From an uncultured Chloroflexia bacterium (GTDB lineage: Bacteria; Chloroflexota; Limnocylindria; QHBO01), in contig CAWHAZ010000005.1 of assembly GCA_963827475.1 (NCBI GenBank), positions 160,001 to 224,000 of the forward strand: a stretch of 64,000 nt of DNA, written 5' to 3'. A program made the position numbers and the translations under genes. The notes under the pieces are model-generated. The model worked only from the letters and a program-made list of their open reading frames with translations, was not told the origin of the DNA and did not search any database. Of the stretch, positions 60,800 through 64,000 are shown in pieces. The first letter of the stretch is position 1, and every line of letters starts with the position of its first letter.

Positions 60800-61896
60800 A
60801 GGTCGTCTCGATCGTCGGCGCCCGGCCGCAGTTCGTGAAGGCGGCCCCGGTCAGCCGCCAGCTGCGGACGCGGCATCGGGAGATCCTGGTCCACACCGGC
60901 CAGCACTACGACGACGCGATGAGCGACGTCTTCTTCCGTGACCTCGGCCTTCCGCCGCCCGACCGCAACCTCGAGGTGGGCAGCGGGTCGCATGCCACCC
61001 AGACCGCGGAGATGCTCCGCCGCCTCGAGCCGGTCCTCGTCGACGAGGCACCCGATGTCGTCCTGCTGTACGGCGACACGAACTCCACCCTGGCCGGCGC
61101 ACTCGCCGCGGCCAAGCTGAACGACCTGGCGGAGCGGCGGCCGACGATCGCCCACGTCGAGGCCGGCCTGCGCTCGTTCAACCCATCCATGCCCGAGGAG
61201 CGGAACCGGATCGTGGCCGACCACCTCTCCGACCTCCTCCTCGCGCCGACCCCGACCGCCATGGACAATCTCGAGCGCGAGGGTCTCGCCGAGCGATCGG
61301 TGCTGGTCGGCGACGTGATGGTCGACGCGATGGACGCCGCCCTCGAACGGTCGGCCGCCGCGCTGCCGGCGGAAGCCGTCGACCACCCCGGCTACGTGCT
61401 CCTCACCCTCCACCGGCCCTCGAACGTGGACGACCCGGCGCGGCTCGGCGCATGGCTGTCGGCCATCGGCCAGATCGGCCCGGTCCTGTTTCCCGTCCAT
61501 CCCCGAACGCGCGCCGTGCTCGAGCGGGCCGGCGTCGCGGTTCCACCATCGGTCACCCTGATGGAGCCGGTCGGCTACCTGGCCATGGTTGCCCTCGAGC
61601 ACGGGGCCCGGGCCGTCGCGACCGACTCGGGCGGCGTCCAGAAGGAGGCCTACCTGGCCGGCGTCCCGTGCGTCACCCTGCGCGGCGAGACCGAATGGGT
61701 GGAGACCGTCGACGCGGGCTGGAACCGCCTGGCGCCCAACCCCTCGGACCTCGGGCCGGCGCTGGCCGCCGCCATGGCCCCCGATTCGGGCCGGCCACGG
61801 CCCGCGCTGTACGGGGACGGGCACGCGGCGCAGCGGATCATGGAATCCCTCGAGCGATTGACCGCGTCTCGCGCGGCCGGCCAGGTGGCGTCGTGA
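60796..61896 (+). CDS. Non-hydrolysing UDP-GlcNAc 2-epimerase family (WecB/WbpI-like)
   Basis: GARPQFVK, HTGQHYD, YGDTNS, HVEAGLRS..MPEE.NR, TDSGGVQKEA. Confidence 0.92.
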   Translation: MKVVSIVGARPQFVKAAPVSRQLRTRHREILVHTGQHYDDAMSDVFFRDLGLPPPDRNLEVGSGSHATQTAEMLRRLEPVLVDEAPDVVLLYGDTNSTLAGALAAAKLNDLAERRPTIAHVEAGLRSFNPSMPEERNRIVADHLSDLLLAPTPTAMDNLEREGLAERSVLVGDVMVDAMDAALERSAAALPAEAVDHPGYVLLTLHRPSNVDDPARLGAWLSAIGQIGPVLFPVHPRTRAVLERAGVAVPPSVTLMEPVGYLAMVALEHGARAVATDSGGVQKEAYLAGVPCVTLRGETEWVETVDAGWNRLAPNPSDLGPALAAAMAPDSGRPRPALYGDGHAAQRIMESLERLTASRAAGQVAS

Positions 61897-62999
61897 TCCC
61901 CATCGCCCAGCCGCAGATCGGGCCCGAGGAGCAGGCCCGGGTGGCGGAGACGCTGGCCTCCGGCTCGCTGGCCCAGGGGCCGCGCGTCCGCGAGCTCGAG
62001 GAGCGCTTCGCGTCCCTGGTCGGGGTGCCCCACGCGGTCGCCACCTCGTCGGGCACGACGGCCCTCCATCTCGCCCTGCTGGCCGCCGGGGTCGGCGAAG
62101 GCGACGAGGTCATCACCTCCCCGTTCACGTTCATCGCGAGCGGGACGAGCATCCTGTACACCGGCGCCCGGCCGGTGTTCGTCGACGTCGACGCGCGGTC
62201 GTTCATGATCAATCCGGAGGCGATCGACGCGGCGGTCACGCCGCGGACGAAGGCGATCATGCCCGTCAGCCTGTACGGGCAACCCGCCGACCTGCCCGCC
62301 ATCGAGGCCATCGCCGAGCGCCGCGGGATCGCCCTCATCGAGGACGCCGCGCAGAGCCACGGGGCGTCCATCGACGGGCGCGCGTCGGGCAGCTTCGGCC
62401 AGGGCGTGTTCAGCTTCTACCCGACCAAGAACATGACCACCGGCGAGGGCGGCATGATCACCACCGCCGACGGCGCGCTGGCGGAGTGGGCTCGCCTCCG
62501 GCGGGAGCACGGCATGAAGGTCCGCTACCACCACGACGTGCTCGGCTACAACTTCCGGATGACCGATATCCACGCCGCCATCGGGCTGGCCCAGCTCGAC
62601 AAGCTTGCCGGCTTCAACGCCCGACGGATCGCGACCGCGGCGCGATACAGCGCCGAGCTGCGGGGCGTCGTCACGCCGTGGGTCCGCCCCGGCACGACCC
62701 ATGTCTTCCACCAGTACACCCTTCGCGTCCTGAAGCGCGACGCCTTCGTCGACGCGCTCCGCGAGCGGGGCGTCGGGACGGGGGTGTACTACCCGATCCC
62801 GGTGCACCGCCAGAAGCCGTTCGCCGAGCTGGGCTACGACGCCCACTCGTTCCCGGTGAGCGAGCAGCTGTGCGAGGAGGTCGTCTCGATCCCGGTCCAC
62901 CCGGGCCTGTCCGATGCCGACGTGGACAGCGTGATCGAGGCCGTCAATGGCGTCGCCGCCGAGCTCGGGGCGCACCCGGAGAGTCGAGTCCCGGCATGA
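61893..62999 (+). CDS. DegT/DnrJ/EryC1/StrS aminotransferase (WbpE-like)
   Basis: SGTTALHLAL, EDAAQSHG, SFYPTKNMTTGEGG, GYNFRM. Confidence 0.92.
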   Translation: MIPIAQPQIGPEEQARVAETLASGSLAQGPRVRELEERFASLVGVPHAVATSSGTTALHLALLAAGVGEGDEVITSPFTFIASGTSILYTGARPVFVDVDARSFMINPEAIDAAVTPRTKAIMPVSLYGQPADLPAIEAIAERRGIALIEDAAQSHGASIDGRASGSFGQGVFSFYPTKNMTTGEGGMITTADGALAEWARLRREHGMKVRYHHDVLGYNFRMTDIHAAIGLAQLDKLAGFNARRIATAARYSAELRGVVTPWVRPGTTHVFHQYTLRVLKRDAFVDALRERGVGTGVYYPIPVHRQKPFAELGYDAHSFPVSEQLCEEVVSIPVHPGLSDADVDSVIEAVNGVAAELGAHPESRVPA

Positions 63000-63994
63000 G
63001 CGGCGAGCGACTGCGCGCCGCCGTCATCGGCCTGGGGATGATGGGCGCGAACCACGCCCGGGTCCTGAACGAGCTGCCCGACGCCGACCTGGTCGCTGTC
63101 GTCGACCTCGATCCGGGGGCCGTCGATCGCGCCACGGCCGGCCGAACCGCTCGCGGCTATGGCGACGCCGGGCGGATGCTGGCGGAAGAGCAGCCCGACC
63201 TGGTGGTCGTGGCGGTCCCCACCTCCCTCCACCTCAGCGCCACGCTCGAGTCGCTGGCCGCGGGGGCCCACGTCCTGGTCGAGAAGCCCATCGCGCCGGA
63301 CCGGCCGCAGGCGGAGGAGATGATCGCCGCGGCGGAGGCCGCCGGTCGGCTGCTGACCGTCGGCCACATCGAGCGCTTCAACCCGGCCATCCGCGAGCTG
63401 AACCGCCGCCTCCGCGCCGGGGAGCTGGGCCGCATCTTCCAGATCCGTGCCGCGCGGCTGGGGCCGTTCCCGGCCCGCGTGCGGGATGTCGGGGTGGTGG
63501 TCGACCTCGCCCCGCACGACATCGACGTCATGCGCTATCTCCTCCAGTCGGAGCCCGTCCGGATGTACGCCGAAACCGAGCAGCGAATCCACACCGACCA
63601 CGAGGACCTGTTCACCGGGCTCATCAAGTTCGAATCCGGCGCCATCGGCCTGCTCGAGATCAACTGGCTGACCCCGACCAAGGTGCGACGGCTGACGGTC
63701 ACCGGTGAGCGCGGCATGTACGAGGCCGACTACCTCAGCCAGGACCTCGTCTTCTACGCGAACCCCGACCAGGAGCTGGTGTCCGAGGGCGAGATGACCC
63801 GCCGCGCGGTGCAGCGCCGGGAGCCGCTGGCGGTCGAGCTGTCGGAGTTCCTGGCCGCCATCCGCGACGACGGCCCGCCCCCGGTGTCACCCCAGGACGC
63901 GCTGGTCGCGATGCTGCTGGCCCGGGCCATGGTCGACGCGGCGCAGCGGGGCATCGTCATCGGCGCCGACGAGCTGGCCCCCCTGCTGGTATGA
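62996..63994 (+). CDS. Gfo/Idh/MocA oxidoreductase (WbpB-like)
   Basis: VIGLGMMG, VEKP, VGHIERFNP, DLAPHDID. Confidence 0.9.
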   Translation: MSGERLRAAVIGLGMMGANHARVLNELPDADLVAVVDLDPGAVDRATAGRTARGYGDAGRMLAEEQPDLVVVAVPTSLHLSATLESLAAGAHVLVEKPIAPDRPQAEEMIAAAEAAGRLLTVGHIERFNPAIRELNRRLRAGELGRIFQIRAARLGPFPARVRDVGVVVDLAPHDIDVMRYLLQSEPVRMYAETEQRIHTDHEDLFTGLIKFESGAIGLLEINWLTPTKVRRLTVTGERGMYEADYLSQDLVFYANPDQELVSEGEMTRRAVQRREPLAVELSEFLAAIRDDGPPPVSPQDALVAMLLARAMVDAAQRGIVIGADELAPLLV

Positions 63995-64000
63995 GGATCG

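Overview
A very GC-rich chromosomal window of a monoderm-type bacterium. A Chloroflexota origin is inferred from the GAAC-N4-GTTC SOS boxes, the FMN-riboswitch RibXY-type transporter and the guaB3-guaA-UPF0182 block; it is not proven. Many single-base frameshifts look like unpolished long-read indels and concentrate in surface-protein genes. Content in order: two secreted surface proteins (one a DUF11 tandem-repeat adhesin) sharing a C-terminal IP[ND]TA-TM-AYANVR-QRR sorting signal; argS; a dispersed histidine-to-folate pathway (hutH, hutU, formimidoyltransferase, FchA-like protein plus a FolD lacking its cyclohydrolase residues); an atypical FMN riboswitch with an ABC importer; a LexA-controlled lexA-alkZ-dinB cassette ending in a small ImuB-C/DUF6504-like gene with its own SOS-boxed promoter; rplI-dnaB; guaB3-guaA; UPF0182; a GGDEF/HD-GYP protein; radC; glgE; mreBC; a gingipain-like protein and a GH18 hydrolase that each end in three copies of the same ~125-aa 'RLLDTR' domain; rph-rdgB; and the start of a Wbp-type diacetamido-uronic-acid sugar cluster. 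Many genes appear leaderless. A candidate anti-Shine-Dalgarno sRNA lies at ~6.85-6.94 kb. No rRNA, tRNA, CRISPR array or mobile element was found. All family assignments come from motif recognition, not database searches.
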